32,000 bases of DNA from Megasphaera elsdenii DSM 20460 (GTDB taxonomy: Bacteria > Bacillota > Negativicutes > Veillonellales > Megasphaeraceae): the NCBI RefSeq assembly GCF_003010495.1, contig NZ_CP027570.1, positions 2,430,001 through 2,462,000 on the forward strand, given 5' to 3'. A program made the translations under genes and the position numbers. Within the stretch, counting starts at the first letter, position 1, and each line of letters begins with the position of its first letter. The notes beneath the pieces are model-generated. The model worked only from the letters and a program-made list of their open reading frames with translations, was not told where the DNA came from and made no database searches. Of this stretch, positions 16,497-25,340 are shown in pieces.

Positions 16497-16529
16497 ATTA
16501 TATACCTCCTGAGTGTATTTGTAAATACA
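16497..16529 (-). promoter_or_regulatory. hicAB promoter with an overlapping palindromic operator candidate
   Basis: The minus strand reads TTTACA-17 nt-TATAAT (-35 at 16520..16525, -10 at 16497..16502). The inverted repeat TGTATTT-GT-AAATACA (16514..16529) overlaps the -35. Confidence 0.5.
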
Positions 16530-16579
16530 AAAAAACACCTTTTGAGTTTATTTTCATTTTTAAAAAGGGGGCGATTTTT

Positions 16580-16750
16580 ATGAAAAAAAGACCTGATGGC
16601 CGCTACAAAGTCTCTCTGACCATCGACGGCAAACGTCATTATTTTTACGGCCGAACCATTAAACTTTGCCCTGTCGCGGGGTCAAAAAGGGGGGCAAACG
16701 CACCAGATACTATGGGGTCAATAAAAAAGGACAACCATCATTCAATGTGA
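16580..16750 (+). pseudogene. Remnant of a tyrosine recombinase (phage/ICE integrase); only about 26 N-terminal codons are recognisable
   Basis: A 56-codon ORF below the track cutoff. MKKRPDGRYKVSLTIDGKRHYFYGRT (16580..16657) resembles the Arm-type N-terminal DNA-binding segment of Firmicutes integrases. The rest, IKLCPVAGSKRG..., is unrelated and runs into the tRNA terminator. It directly abuts the 3' end of tRNA-Leu. Confidence 0.5.
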
Positions 16751-16760
16751 TGGTTGTCCC
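16723..16760 (-). terminator. Rho-independent terminator of tRNA-Leu
   Basis: On the minus strand a perfect 12-bp stem GGACAACCATCA/TGATGGTTGTCC with a 7-nt loop is followed by TTTTTT, immediately after the tRNA CCA end. Confidence 0.75.
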
Positions 16761-16762
16761 AT

Positions 16763-16846
16763 TGGTGCGAGTGGAGGGACTTGAACCCTCACGCCGTGAG
16801 GCGCCAGATCCTAAGTCTGGTGCGTCTGCCATTCCGCCACACTCGC
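16763..16846 (-). tRNA. tRNA-Leu, anticodon UAG, with encoded CCA
   Basis: The reverse complement is GCGAGTGTGGCGGAATGGCAGACGCACCAGACTTAGGATCTGGCGCCTCACGGCGTGAGGGTTCAAGTCCCTCCACTCGCACCA (84 nt). It has a 7-bp acceptor stem, the anticodon arm CCAGA-CTTAGGA-TCTGG, a long variable arm typical of Leu, and the T-loop GGTTCAAGTCC. Confidence 0.9.
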
Positions 16847-16858
16847 AAGTACCTTTTT

Positions 16859-16888
16859 ATTTTACCATGCTTTCCTCCTATTGGTCAA
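16859..16888 (-). promoter_or_regulatory. Promoter of tRNA-Leu
   Basis: The minus strand reads TTGACC-18 nt-TAAAAT with an extended -10 (TGGTAAAAT). The predicted transcription start is a few nt upstream of the mature 5' end. Confidence 0.5.
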
Positions 16889-16938
16889 ACAAAAAATATG
16901 GTATCATATTTCTATACATATCATAAAGGAGGCTTGTT

Positions 16939-17253
16939 ATGTTATTACAAAGGGAATCGAAATTTGAAGGGTCTGTACTCGGATTTATCGGCTATGGCCT
17001 CATCTTAGTCATCATTACGATTTGTACGTTCGGAATCGCCTACCCTTGGGGCGAAGTCATGTTCCGCCGCTGGATCTGCCGCAATACGATCATCGACGGC
17101 CAGCGTCTCACTTTTGATGGAACAGGTCTGCAGCTCTTCGGCAGCTACATCAAATGGTGGTTCTTCACTCTCATCACGTTGGGCATCTATGGCTTCTGGC
17201 TGTTCAACAAGATGACAGCCTGGCGGGTCAAACATACGCATTTCGCAGAATAA
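16939..17253 (+). CDS. Small membrane protein, DUF898/YjgN-like
   Basis: 104 aa with two TM hairpins that carry the repeated G-I-(A/Y)-x-(P/F)-W motif (FGIAYPWGEVMFRRW... and LTLGIYGFWLFNK) around IIDGQRLTFDGTG. RBS AAGGAGG lies 7 nt upstream of the ATG. Confidence 0.55.
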   Translation: MLLQRESKFEGSVLGFIGYGLILVIITICTFGIAYPWGEVMFRRWICRNTIIDGQRLTFDGTGLQLFGSYIKWWFFTLITLGIYGFWLFNKMTAWRVKHTHFAE

Positions 17254-17289
17254 AAAAAAGGCGCTGTCACACGAAGGCAGCGCCTTTTT
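17252..17289. terminator. Bidirectional rho-independent terminator between the convergent DUF898-like gene and rlmI
   Basis: AAAAAAAA-GGCGCTGTC-ACACGAA-GGCAGCGCC-TTTTT. A and T tracts flank the stem on both sides. Confidence 0.65.
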
Positions 17290-17293
17290 AACA

Positions 17294-18520
17294 CTATACG
17301 ACCTGGAACAAATAGAATTTCAGGTAATTCGTTTCCGGAACGTTCCAGAGGATGGGATGGTCCGGCGACTGCTGGCGGCCTTCAATCTGGCGGAGGCGGA
17401 CGCCGGCGTCTTTGGCGGCATCGTGGAGCATCTGGCGGAACAGATCGTCGCGCATGAAGTGCGAGCACGAGCAGGTCGCCAGATAGCCGCCGCGGGGCAG
17501 GAGTTTCATCGCTTTCAAGTTGATTTCCTTATAGCCCCGCATGGCGTTGCGGACGGTATGGCCCGACTTGGTGAAGGCCGGCGGGTCGAGGATGATGAAG
17601 TCATAGTCGTGGCACTTGTGGTCGGCCAGGTCGGTCAAGAGGTCGAAGACGTTGGCCTGCTTGGCCGTGACGATGGCTTCCAAGCCGTTGCGGCGGATGT
17701 TCTCGTTAGTCATGTCAACGGCTTCCTGGGAAATATCGACAGCCGTGACGCTGGCTGCCCCGCCCTTGGCCGCATTGAGGGCAAAGGCCCCGGTATGGGT
17801 GAAGCAGTCCAGGACGTGTTTGCCGGCGGCGATTTTGGCAACAGCCAGGCGGTTGTATTTCTGGTCCAGGAAGAAGCCCGTCTTCTGGCCATTTTCGACG
17901 TCTACATCATAGAGGATGCCGTTTTCGTCGATTGTCGTCAAGACGCTGCCCGGCTGAGGCAGGAAGTCCGCTTCATACCAGCCTTTATACTCTTCCATGC
18001 CGTCCAGTTTACGGACCTTGACGTCATTCCGTTCGTAAATGCCGCGGATGGTGACGCCCATGGCAGCCAATTCATCGACGAGGGCTTTGAAGATGACCGG
18101 TTTTACCTGGTCCATGCCGTAGCACAAGGCCTGGGCGACGAGGACATCGTTGTAGCGGTCTACTGTCAACCCCGGCATATCGTCGGCATCGCCGAAGATG
18201 AGGCGGCAGCAGGCAAAGTCCTTATCGCCCATGACGGTCTTGCGGTAATCCAGGGCGTACTTGACCCGGCGCTGCCAGAAGGCTTCATCGAAGCGGTCGT
18301 TGGCATTGCGCGACACGATGCGCACGCGGATTTTGGAAATATCATTGGCAAAGCCCGTCCCGAGATAGCGGTCCTTATCGCTGTAAACGTCGACGATGTC
18401 CCCGGTCTGATACGTGCCTTCGACATGGGTCACTTCTTCCCCATATACCCAGGGGTGGCCACTGCGGGCGGCCCGTTCCCCTTTTTTCGTAATCGTTAAT
18501 TTTGCATAAGGTCGGTTCAT
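17294..18520 (-). CDS. rlmI: Class I SAM-dependent 23S rRNA (cytosine-C5)-methyltransferase, RlmI-like with an N-terminal PUA domain
   Basis: 408 aa. The N-terminus KKGERAARSGHPWVYGEEV is PUA-like. The methyltransferase core carries VLDCFTHTGAFAL and FIILDPPAF motifs. Confidence 0.8.
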   Translation of the reverse strand: MNRPYAKLTITKKGERAARSGHPWVYGEEVTHVEGTYQTGDIVDVYSDKDRYLGTGFANDISKIRVRIVSRNANDRFDEAFWQRRVKYALDYRKTVMGDKDFACCRLIFGDADDMPGLTVDRYNDVLVAQALCYGMDQVKPVIFKALVDELAAMGVTIRGIYERNDVKVRKLDGMEEYKGWYEADFLPQPGSVLTTIDENGILYDVDVENGQKTGFFLDQKYNRLAVAKIAAGKHVLDCFTHTGAFALNAAKGGAASVTAVDISQEAVDMTNENIRRNGLEAIVTAKQANVFDLLTDLADHKCHDYDFIILDPPAFTKSGHTVRNAMRGYKEINLKAMKLLPRGGYLATCSCSHFMRDDLFRQMLHDAAKDAGVRLRQIEGRQQSPDHPILWNVPETNYLKFYLFQVV

Positions 18521-18532
18521 AGTACCCCCGTT

Positions 18533-19936
18533 TTATAAAATATAATGGCTCAAGTCGACGTTCTGGACGACGTCGTTCAGTTTGCCCGAAACGAATCCCT
18601 TGTTGACGACGATGTGTTTTTCGTCGATGTCCGGTGCTTCATAAGCTACGTCTTCGAGGATTTTTTCCAAAATCGTGTGCAGCCGGCGGGCGCCGATGTT
18701 TTCCGTTTCTAAATTGACGCGGTATGCGTATTCGGCAATAGCGTCGATGCCGTCATCGGTAAATTCCAGGGTGACGCCGTCTGTTTCCAAGAGGGCCTTG
18801 TACTGTTTGACCAGGGACTGGTTCGGTTCAGTCAGGATGCGGCGGAAATCGTCGACTGTCAAGGACTGGAGTTCGACGCGGATCGGGAAGCGGCCCTGCA
18901 GTTCCGGAATGAGGTCGCTCGGCTTGGAAACGTGGAAGGCACCGGCAGCGATGAAGAGGATGTGGTCCGTCTTGACCGGGCCGTATTTCGTATTGACCGT
19001 GGCCCCTTCGACGATGGGCAGGATGTCGCGCTGTACGCCTTCTCGGGAGACGTCCGGCCCGTTGGCGTGGCCTTTTTCAGCGATCTTATCAAATTCGTCG
19101 ATGAAGACGATGCCCGATTCTTCTGTCGCTTCGATGGCTTTATCGACGATGATGTCCATGTCCAGGCATTTTTCCAATTCTTCTTCCTTGAAGATTTCCC
19201 GGGCCTTGGCGACGGTCATCTTCTTTTTCTTCTTCTTTTTCGGCATGATGCTGCCCAGCATTTCCTGGAAGTTATTGGTTAGTTCTTCCGTCGAATTGCC
19301 CGTCAGGATGCCCTGGAAACCCTGGTTCTGTTCAGCCACTTCGACTTCGATTTCCCGGTCGTCCATCTTGTGGGCGCAAATATCTTCAAACATCTTCTGG
19401 CGGCGGTCGGACTTCGGTTCTTCGAGCTGCTTCGGTTCTTCCGGCGTATCTTCTTCATCATCGTCGCTGCTGAAGAAGACGTCCATCGGGTTCTTGACCT
19501 TTTCCTTGATGGATTTCTTGGGCCAGAAGACCTGAAGGATGCGCTTGTTGGCTTCTTCTTCCGCCTTTTCTTCATAGCGCTGGCTTTCCTGTTCCTGGAC
19601 CATGCGGATGGCGTTGGCCACGAGGTCGCGGATCATCTGTTCGACGTCGCGACCGACATAGCCGACTTCCGTATATTTCGTCGCTTCGACTTTGATGAAC
19701 GGTGCGCCGACGAGCTTGGCCAGGCGGCGGGCGATTTCTGTCTTGCCGACACCGGTCGGGCCGATGAGCAGGATGTTCTTGGGGATGATTTCATCCTGCA
19801 TGTCTTCACTCAGGCGTTTGCGGCGCCAGCGGTTGCGCAGGGCGATGGAAACGGATTTCTTGGCTTCGCTCTGGCCGACGATGTATTTATTCAGTTCCGC
19901 CACGATCTGTTTTGGCGTCAATTCTGTTTTTTCCAT
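18533..19936 (-). CDS. hslU: ATP-dependent protease ATPase subunit HslU
   Basis: 467 aa: LTPKQIVAELNKYIVGQSEAKKSV, Walker A GPTGVGKTEIARRLA, Walker B GIVFIDEFDKI, plus an I-domain insertion. Confidence 0.95.
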   Translation of the reverse strand: MEKTELTPKQIVAELNKYIVGQSEAKKSVSIALRNRWRRKRLSEDMQDEIIPKNILLIGPTGVGKTEIARRLAKLVGAPFIKVEATKYTEVGYVGRDVEQMIRDLVANAIRMVQEQESQRYEEKAEEEANKRILQVFWPKKSIKEKVKNPMDVFFSSDDDEEDTPEEPKQLEEPKSDRRQKMFEDICAHKMDDREIEVEVAEQNQGFQGILTGNSTEELTNNFQEMLGSIMPKKKKKKKMTVAKAREIFKEEELEKCLDMDIIVDKAIEATEESGIVFIDEFDKIAEKGHANGPDVSREGVQRDILPIVEGATVNTKYGPVKTDHILFIAAGAFHVSKPSDLIPELQGRFPIRVELQSLTVDDFRRILTEPNQSLVKQYKALLETDGVTLEFTDDGIDAIAEYAYRVNLETENIGARRLHTILEKILEDVAYEAPDIDEKHIVVNKGFVSGKLNDVVQNVDLSHYIL

Positions 19937-19951
19937 GGAAATACCTCTTTC

Positions 19952-20503
19952 TTAGATTTCTTCGACAATGACATTGTGGTTGGTGTAAACGCAGATGTCC
20001 GCTGCGATATGCAGGGACTTTTCAGCGATATCCCGGGCCGACAGGTCCGTATTCTGCAGAAGGGCCCGTGCCGAAGCCAGGGCGTAGTTACCGCCGGAAC
20101 CGATAGCCAAGACGCCGTCATCCGGTTCAATGACTTCGCCATTGCCGGAAATGAGCAGGATACGCTGACTGTCAGCGACCAGGAGCAGGGCTTCCAATTT
20201 ATGGAGAATCTTGTCGGACCGCCAGTCCTTGGCCAGTTCGACGGCGCTGCGGACGAGGTTGCCGTTGTGTTCGTTCAATTTAGCTTCAAAATGGTCGAAT
20301 AAGGTGAACGCATCGGCGACAGAACCGGCAAAGCCGCTGATAATCTTACCGTGGTAAAGGCGGCGGACTTTCTGGGCCGTCCCCTTCATGATGACGGCGT
20401 TGCCCATCGTGACCTGGCCGTCACCGGCAATGGCCGTCTTGCCGTCGCGCTGGACGGCGCATATCGTAGTAGCGTGGAATTCAGTAGACATTAATTCAGA
20501 CAT
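19952..20503 (-). CDS. hslV: ATP-dependent protease peptidase subunit HslV
   Basis: 183 aa with [24 protein letters not shown] (N-terminal nucleophile region) and [26 protein letters not shown] lies 6 nt before ATG 20503. Confidence 0.95.
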   Translation of the reverse strand: MSELMSTEFHATTICAVQRDGKTAIAGDGQVTMGNAVIMKGTAQKVRRLYHGKIISGFAGSVADAFTLFDHFEAKLNEHNGNLVRSAVELAKDWRSDKILHKLEALLLVADSQRILLISGNGEVIEPDDGVLAIGSGGNYALASARALLQNTDLSARDIAEKSLHIAADICVYTNHNVIVEEI

Positions 20504-21816
20504 GGGTAATCCCCCTTCATTTGTTCGATTTCATCGAGCGCCCGCTGAGCCAGCAGGGCGTTCTTTTCTTTCTTCTTCATGCGCTTCTTGATGCCCAGCG
20601 GTTCCATGAGGCCGAAATTGATATTCATCGGCTGGAAATGGTCGTTCGGGCCGCTGGAGATATATTGGCTCAGGCCGCCCATGGCCGTACGCCTGGAAAA
20701 GGTCAATCCGTCTTCCCCTTGCAGGAGGCGGGCTGCATTGACACCGGCCAAAAGGCCCATGGCTGCCGATTCCAGGTAGCCTTCGACGCCGGTCAGCTGG
20801 CCGGCAAAGAGGAGGTTCGGCTGCTTGCGCAGCTGCAGCGTCGGCAAAAGCAGTTCCGGCGAATTGATGTAGGAATTGCGATGCATGACGCCGTAGCGGA
20901 CGAATTCGGCGTGTTCCAGGCCGGGGATCATGGAAAAGACCCGTTTCTGTTCGGGGAACTTGAGGTGCGTCTGGAAGCCGACGATATTGTACAGCGTAGC
21001 ACTGCCGTTATCCTGGCGCAGCTGGACGACAGCATAAGGCAGTTCACCCGTACCGGGCAGTTCCAGGCCGACCGGCTTCATCGGGCCATAGCGCATGGTG
21101 TCGATACCACGGCCAGCCATGACTTCGATAGGCATACAGCCTTCAAAGACACTGTCGTCCTTTTCAAATTCGTGGAGTTCGGCACATTCAGCCGTCGTCA
21201 GGGCCTGCCAGAAGGCTTCATATTCTTCTTTGGTAAAGGGGCAGTTCAGATAGTCTGCCCCGCCCTTGCCGTAACGGGCCGCGCGGTAGACCTTGGTCAT
21301 GTCCAGGGAGTCGACGGCGACGATAGGCGCTGCGGCATCGTGGAAATGGAAATAGTCTTCCCCCGTCAGGCGGCGGATGGTATCGGCCAGGGCGTCACTG
21401 GTCAGAGGGCCGCTGGCGACGATGCAGATCTGGTCATCCGGCAGTTCCGTCACTTCTTCATGACGGATAGTGACCAAAGGATGATTCTTGAGTTTTTCCG
21501 TCACATACTGGCTGAAAGGGACGCGGTCGACGGCCAGAGCGCCGCCAGCCGGGACGCGGTGCGTATCGGCTGCGTCCATGATGAGCGAGCCCAGACGACG
21601 CATTTCTTCCTTCAAGAGGCCGACGGCGTTTTCGATATTGGCTGCCCGCAGGGAGTTGCTGCAGACGAGTTCAGCAAAATATTCTGTATGGTGTGCCGGC
21701 GACGATTTGACCGGCCGCATTTCGACGAGTTCTACTGGAACGCCGCGGCGGACGAGCTGCCAGGCAGCTTCCGAACCGGCCAGACCGGCACCGATGATTA
21801 AGACACTATTCTTCAT
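20491..21816 (-). CDS. trmFO: Methylenetetrahydrofolate--tRNA-(uracil54-C5)-methyltransferase TrmFO
   Basis: 441 aa with the FAD-binding motif [24 protein letters not shown] and [16 protein letters not shown]. It sits between topA and hslV as in Bacillus. Confidence 0.95.
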   Translation of the reverse strand: MKNSVLIIGAGLAGSEAAWQLVRRGVPVELVEMRPVKSSPAHHTEYFAELVCSNSLRAANIENAVGLLKEEMRRLGSLIMDAADTHRVPAGGALAVDRVPFSQYVTEKLKNHPLVTIRHEEVTELPDDQICIVASGPLTSDALADTIRRLTGEDYFHFHDAAAPIVAVDSLDMTKVYRAARYGKGGADYLNCPFTKEEYEAFWQALTTAECAELHEFEKDDSVFEGCMPIEVMAGRGIDTMRYGPMKPVGLELPGTGELPYAVVQLRQDNGSATLYNIVGFQTHLKFPEQKRVFSMIPGLEHAEFVRYGVMHRNSYINSPELLLPTLQLRKQPNLLFAGQLTGVEGYLESAAMGLLAGVNAARLLQGEDGLTFSRRTAMGGLSQYISSGPNDHFQPMNINFGLMEPLGIKKRMKKKEKNALLAQRALDEIEQMKGDYPCLN

Positions 21817-24076
21817 TCACTACCTCACCTTTTTTATGGTTTTCACATTCTGCATTGCTGCAAAAAATCTTATCAGGCCCTTTTTTATAATGTTTGACAA
21901 TCATGATACTGCCGCAAACAGGACATTTCTTGTCGACAGGCTGGTTCCAGAGGACAAAGTCACATTCCGGATACTGGCTGCAGCCGTAGAAGACGCGGCC
22001 CCGCTTGGATTTGCGCTTGATGAGCGTCCCCTTGCCGCACTTGGGACAAGTAATGCCCAGGTCTTCGACGATGGCCTTGGTATTGCGACATTCCGGGAAA
22101 TTAGAGCAGGCCAGGAACTTGCCGAACCGGCCGAATTTATAGACCATAGGCGCGCCGCAGAGTTCGCAAACCTGCCCTGAATCCTGGCCGGAAATCGTGA
22201 CCTTTTCCATCTTTTCTTCGGCTTCGTCCATTTCCGGCTTAAAAATATCGTAAAATTCCTGCAAGACGTGACGGTACGTATCCTGGCCCTGCTCGATGGC
22301 GTCCAGTTCTTCTTCCATGTGGGCCGTAAAGCCGACGTTGATGATCTGGGCGAAATATTTTTTCAGTAAATCGACGATGATGACGCCCAGTTCTGTCGGG
22401 ACGAACTGTTTGTCCTTCTTTTCTACGTAATTGCGGTTCTGGATGGTATCCATGATCGGCGCATACGTACTCGGCCGGCCAATGCCCTTTTCTTCCAGCG
22501 TCTTGATCAGGCTGGCTTCGGTATAGCGGGCCGGCGGCTGAGTGAAATGCTGCTGCGGCGTGACCGCCTGATTGTGGACAACGGTATTCGCCGAAATGTG
22601 CGGCAGTTCAGCCAGAGTCTTATCTTTCTTGGCGTCTTCATAGAGTTCCGTAAAGCCCTTGAACAGGACCTTGTAGCCGGCAGCCCGCAGTTCATAGCGG
22701 CCGCTCTCGATGATGATGGCCATGTGTTCCGTTTCGACCGATTCCATCTGGCTGGCCAGGAAGCGGTTCCAAATGAGGGTATACAGGCGCAGCTGGTCGC
22801 GGGACAGAAATTCCGACACCTTGTACGGCGTCAGTTCCAGCGACGTCGGACGGATAGCTTCATGCGCATCCTGACTGGTCTGCTTGGTCTTGTAGACGCG
22901 GGGCTTTTCCGGGATATATTCTTCGCCATAGTTCGACGTAATGAATTCCCGCGCAGCCTGGACCATGTCGTCGTTGATGCGGACCGAGTCTGTACGCATG
23001 TAGGTTATGAGGCCGACATGGCCCTGGTCGCCCATATCGAGGCCTTCATAGAGCTGCTGAGCCAGCATCATGGTCTTCTTGGCACCGAAATTGAGCTTGC
23101 TGACACATTCCTGCTGCATCGTCGACGTCGTGAACGGTGGCTGGGGCTGGCGTTTGCGCTTGCGCTTTTCGACTTTTACAATCATATCGGGGTCGTGCGT
23201 TTCGCCGCGGCTTTCCCAGGTCAAGTCGTGAGCAATGGTTTCGGCTGCCTCCTGTGTCGGGATTTCCGCCTTCTTGCCGTCGATCTTGGTCAGTTCCGTC
23301 GGCAACGTCAGGCCGTCTTCCGTCGTATAGGTCCCGCTGACAGTCCAATATTCTTCCGGTACGAAGGCCTTGATGGCTTCTTCCCGTTCACAGATGAGGC
23401 GGACGGCGACGGACTGGACGCGGCCGGCGCTGAGGCCCTTGCAGACTTTCTTCCACAGGAGAGGGCTCAATTTATAGCCGACGATGCGATCCAGGACGCG
23501 GCGGGCCTGCTGGGCGTCGACTTTCTTCAAATCGATTGGTTCCGGGTCCTTGATGGCCTCGAGGATGGCTTTCTTAGTAATTTCGTGGAACATGATGCGG
23601 CACTTATCGTGCGGATCGATTTCCAGCAAATGGGCCAAATGCCAGGAAATGGCTTCCCCTTCGCGGTCCGGGTCCGTTGCCAGATAGACTTTTTTCGAGC
23701 GGATGTATTCGTTCTGCAAGTCTTCGATGAGCTTGCGCTTATCCCACATATTGGTATACGTCGGTACAAAACCGTCTTCGATATTGACACCGAACTGATT
23801 GCGCGGCAAATCGCGCAGGTGACCGCGGCTGGCCATGACCTTATAGCCGCTGCCTAAAAAGCGTTCAATCGTCTTGGCCTTGGCCGGCGATTCGACGATG
23901 ACCAGGTTCTTGGCGTTCTTCGGAAGCGGATCCAGCTTCTTCAGCGGTTCCTTCTTGGGCAGATTGACTGTGCCGTGGATGACGGTCTTCTCACCGTCGC
24001 CTTTTTTCTTGCGGCCTCGCTTCTTCTTTTTGGAATCATCAATAATGATCGTGCGTTTAATCGGAAATTCTAACAT
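21806..24076 (-). CDS. topA: DNA topoisomerase I
   Basis: 756 aa with Toprim [18 protein letters not shown], the active-site region ITYMRTDS and C-terminal Cys4 zinc ribbons ([24 protein letters not shown]). Confidence 0.95.
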   Translation of the reverse strand: MLEFPIKRTIIIDDSKKKKRGRKKKGDGEKTVIHGTVNLPKKEPLKKLDPLPKNAKNLVIVESPAKAKTIERFLGSGYKVMASRGHLRDLPRNQFGVNIEDGFVPTYTNMWDKRKLIEDLQNEYIRSKKVYLATDPDREGEAISWHLAHLLEIDPHDKCRIMFHEITKKAILEAIKDPEPIDLKKVDAQQARRVLDRIVGYKLSPLLWKKVCKGLSAGRVQSVAVRLICEREEAIKAFVPEEYWTVSGTYTTEDGLTLPTELTKIDGKKAEIPTQEAAETIAHDLTWESRGETHDPDMIVKVEKRKRKRQPQPPFTTSTMQQECVSKLNFGAKKTMMLAQQLYEGLDMGDQGHVGLITYMRTDSVRINDDMVQAAREFITSNYGEEYIPEKPRVYKTKQTSQDAHEAIRPTSLELTPYKVSEFLSRDQLRLYTLIWNRFLASQMESVETEHMAIIIESGRYELRAAGYKVLFKGFTELYEDAKKDKTLAELPHISANTVVHNQAVTPQQHFTQPPARYTEASLIKTLEEKGIGRPSTYAPIMDTIQNRNYVEKKDKQFVPTELGVIIVDLLKKYFAQIINVGFTAHMEEELDAIEQGQDTYRHVLQEFYDIFKPEMDEAEEKMEKVTISGQDSGQVCELCGAPMVYKFGRFGKFLACSNFPECRNTKAIVEDLGITCPKCGKGTLIKRKSKRGRVFYGCSQYPECDFVLWNQPVDKKCPVCGSIMIVKHYKKGPDKIFCSNAECENHKKGEVVNEE

Positions 24077-24136
24077 CTATCTCCATCCTGCCTCTCGCTG
24101 TACACGAAATCTGAAAATGTACTTAAACTATTTTCC

Positions 24137-24165
24137 ATCATACACTATTCGCCGCTACCTTTCAA
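24137..24165 (-). promoter_or_regulatory. Promoter of topA
   Basis: The minus strand reads TTGAAA-17 nt-TATGAT (-35 at 24160..24165, -10 at 24137..24142), about 55 nt upstream of ATG 24076. Confidence 0.45.
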
Positions 24166-24199
24166 GGTGTGACTCTCTTTAATACTATAATATAGGTGC

Positions 24200-24236
24200 A
24201 AAAAAGGAGCTGTCGCATCGTGACAGCTCCTTTTTG
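24200..24236 (-). terminator. Rho-independent terminator of the leu operon
   Basis: The minus strand reads AAAAAGGAGCTGTCACGATGCGACAGCTCCTTTTTT, 33 nt after the leuB stop. Confidence 0.7.
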
Positions 24237-24268
24237 AGTATTAAGTTAGCAGTTTGCAGCCAAACGAT

Positions 24269-25339
24269 TTATTGAATTTTGCTGATGATGACATCGGTCA
24301 TCTTCTGGGTATCGGCTTTCTTAAAGCCTTCCTTATAGAGGTCCGGTGTGCGCCAGCCGTCCGCTAAGGCGGCATCGACGGCTTTTTCGATCTTGTCGGC
24401 CGCTACGTCTTCATCTAAGGAGTAGCGCAGGAGCATGGCTGCCGAGAGGATGGTCGCGCAGGGGTTGGCAATGCCCTGGCCAGCGATGTCCGGTGCCGAA
24501 CCGTGGATCGGTTCGTAGAGGCTGGTCATTTCGCCGATGGAAGCCGACGGCATCATGCCGATGGAACCGCCGAGGACGGCCGCTTCGTCGCTGAGGATGT
24601 CGCCGAAGAGGTTGCTCGTGACGATGACGTCGAACTGTTTCGGATTGAGGGCCAGCTGCATGGCGCAGTTATCGACGTAGAAATGATTCAAGTCGATATC
24701 GGGATAGTCCTTGGCGACGTCGATGACCGTGCGGCGCCACAGGCGGGACGTAGCCAGGACGTTGGCCTTGTCGACGGACGTGACCTTATGACGGCGCTTC
24801 TGAGCCGCTTTCATGGCAAACGTGCTGATGCGCTGTACTTCCGGGACGCTGTAGTTTTCCAGGTCCCAGGCGCGTTCGACGCCGTTGTGGATTTCCGATT
24901 CGCAGCGGTCGCCGAAGTAGATGCCGCCGACGAGTTCGCGGACGATGAGGACGTCCGTGCCGGTGACGATGTCCGGTTTGAGCGGCGAATATTCAGCCAG
25001 GACTTCCGGCACTTTGACCGGACGCAGGTTGACGTAGAGTCCCAAGGCCTTGCGCAGCCCTAAGACAGCCTGTTCGGGCCGCAGTTTCGGGTCGACGTTA
25101 TCCCACTTGTCGCCGCCGACGGCGCCGAAGAGGATGGCATCGGCCTTCTTAGCCGCTTCAATCGTATCTTCCGGCAAGGGCGAGCCGCAGAGGTCATAAG
25201 CCGTACCGCCAGCCGGTTTCTTTTCAAAAGTCAGGCCAATGTGGCAGACTTCATCGATTTTCTGTAAAACTTTGACGGCACCTGCCGTGATTTCTTCCCC
25301 GATTCCGTCGCCGGGGATGACGACGATATGTTTAGCCAT
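24269..25339 (-). CDS. leuB: 3-isopropylmalate dehydrogenase
   Basis: 356 aa with IVVIPGDGIGEEI, NLFGDILSDEAAVLGGSIGMMPSAS and HGSAPDIAGQGIANP. Confidence 0.95.
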   Translation of the reverse strand: MAKHIVVIPGDGIGEEITAGAVKVLQKIDEVCHIGLTFEKKPAGGTAYDLCGSPLPEDTIEAAKKADAILFGAVGGDKWDNVDPKLRPEQAVLGLRKALGLYVNLRPVKVPEVLAEYSPLKPDIVTGTDVLIVRELVGGIYFGDRCESEIHNGVERAWDLENYSVPEVQRISTFAMKAAQKRRHKVTSVDKANVLATSRLWRRTVIDVAKDYPDIDLNHFYVDNCAMQLALNPKQFDVIVTSNLFGDILSDEAAVLGGSIGMMPSASIGEMTSLYEPIHGSAPDIAGQGIANPCATILSAAMLLRYSLDEDVAADKIEKAVDAALADGWRTPDLYKEGFKKADTQKMTDVIISKIQ

Positions 25340-25340
25340 G

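Noticed and set aside
16666-17008. ORFs 16666..16926 and 16754..17008 (+).
   Set aside because: They read through the tRNA-Leu gene and its promoter region. The tRNA cloverleaf explains this sequence.
19220-19240. A run of seven Lys codons (AAG/AAA) in hslU as a possible frameshift or phase-variation tract.
   Set aside because: The reading frame is intact on both sides. The run lies in the variable I-domain, where basic stretches occur in HslU homologues, and it is not a pure homopolymer.
17357-23857. Long + strand ORFs 17357..18499 (380 aa), 19370..20302 (310 aa), 20521..21801 (426 aa) and 22547..23857 (436 aa).
   Set aside because: Each lies antisense to rlmI, hslU/hslV, trmFO or topA, all of which carry diagnostic motifs. 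The antisense translations are D/V/A/G/R-rich with no motifs. They are shadow frames.
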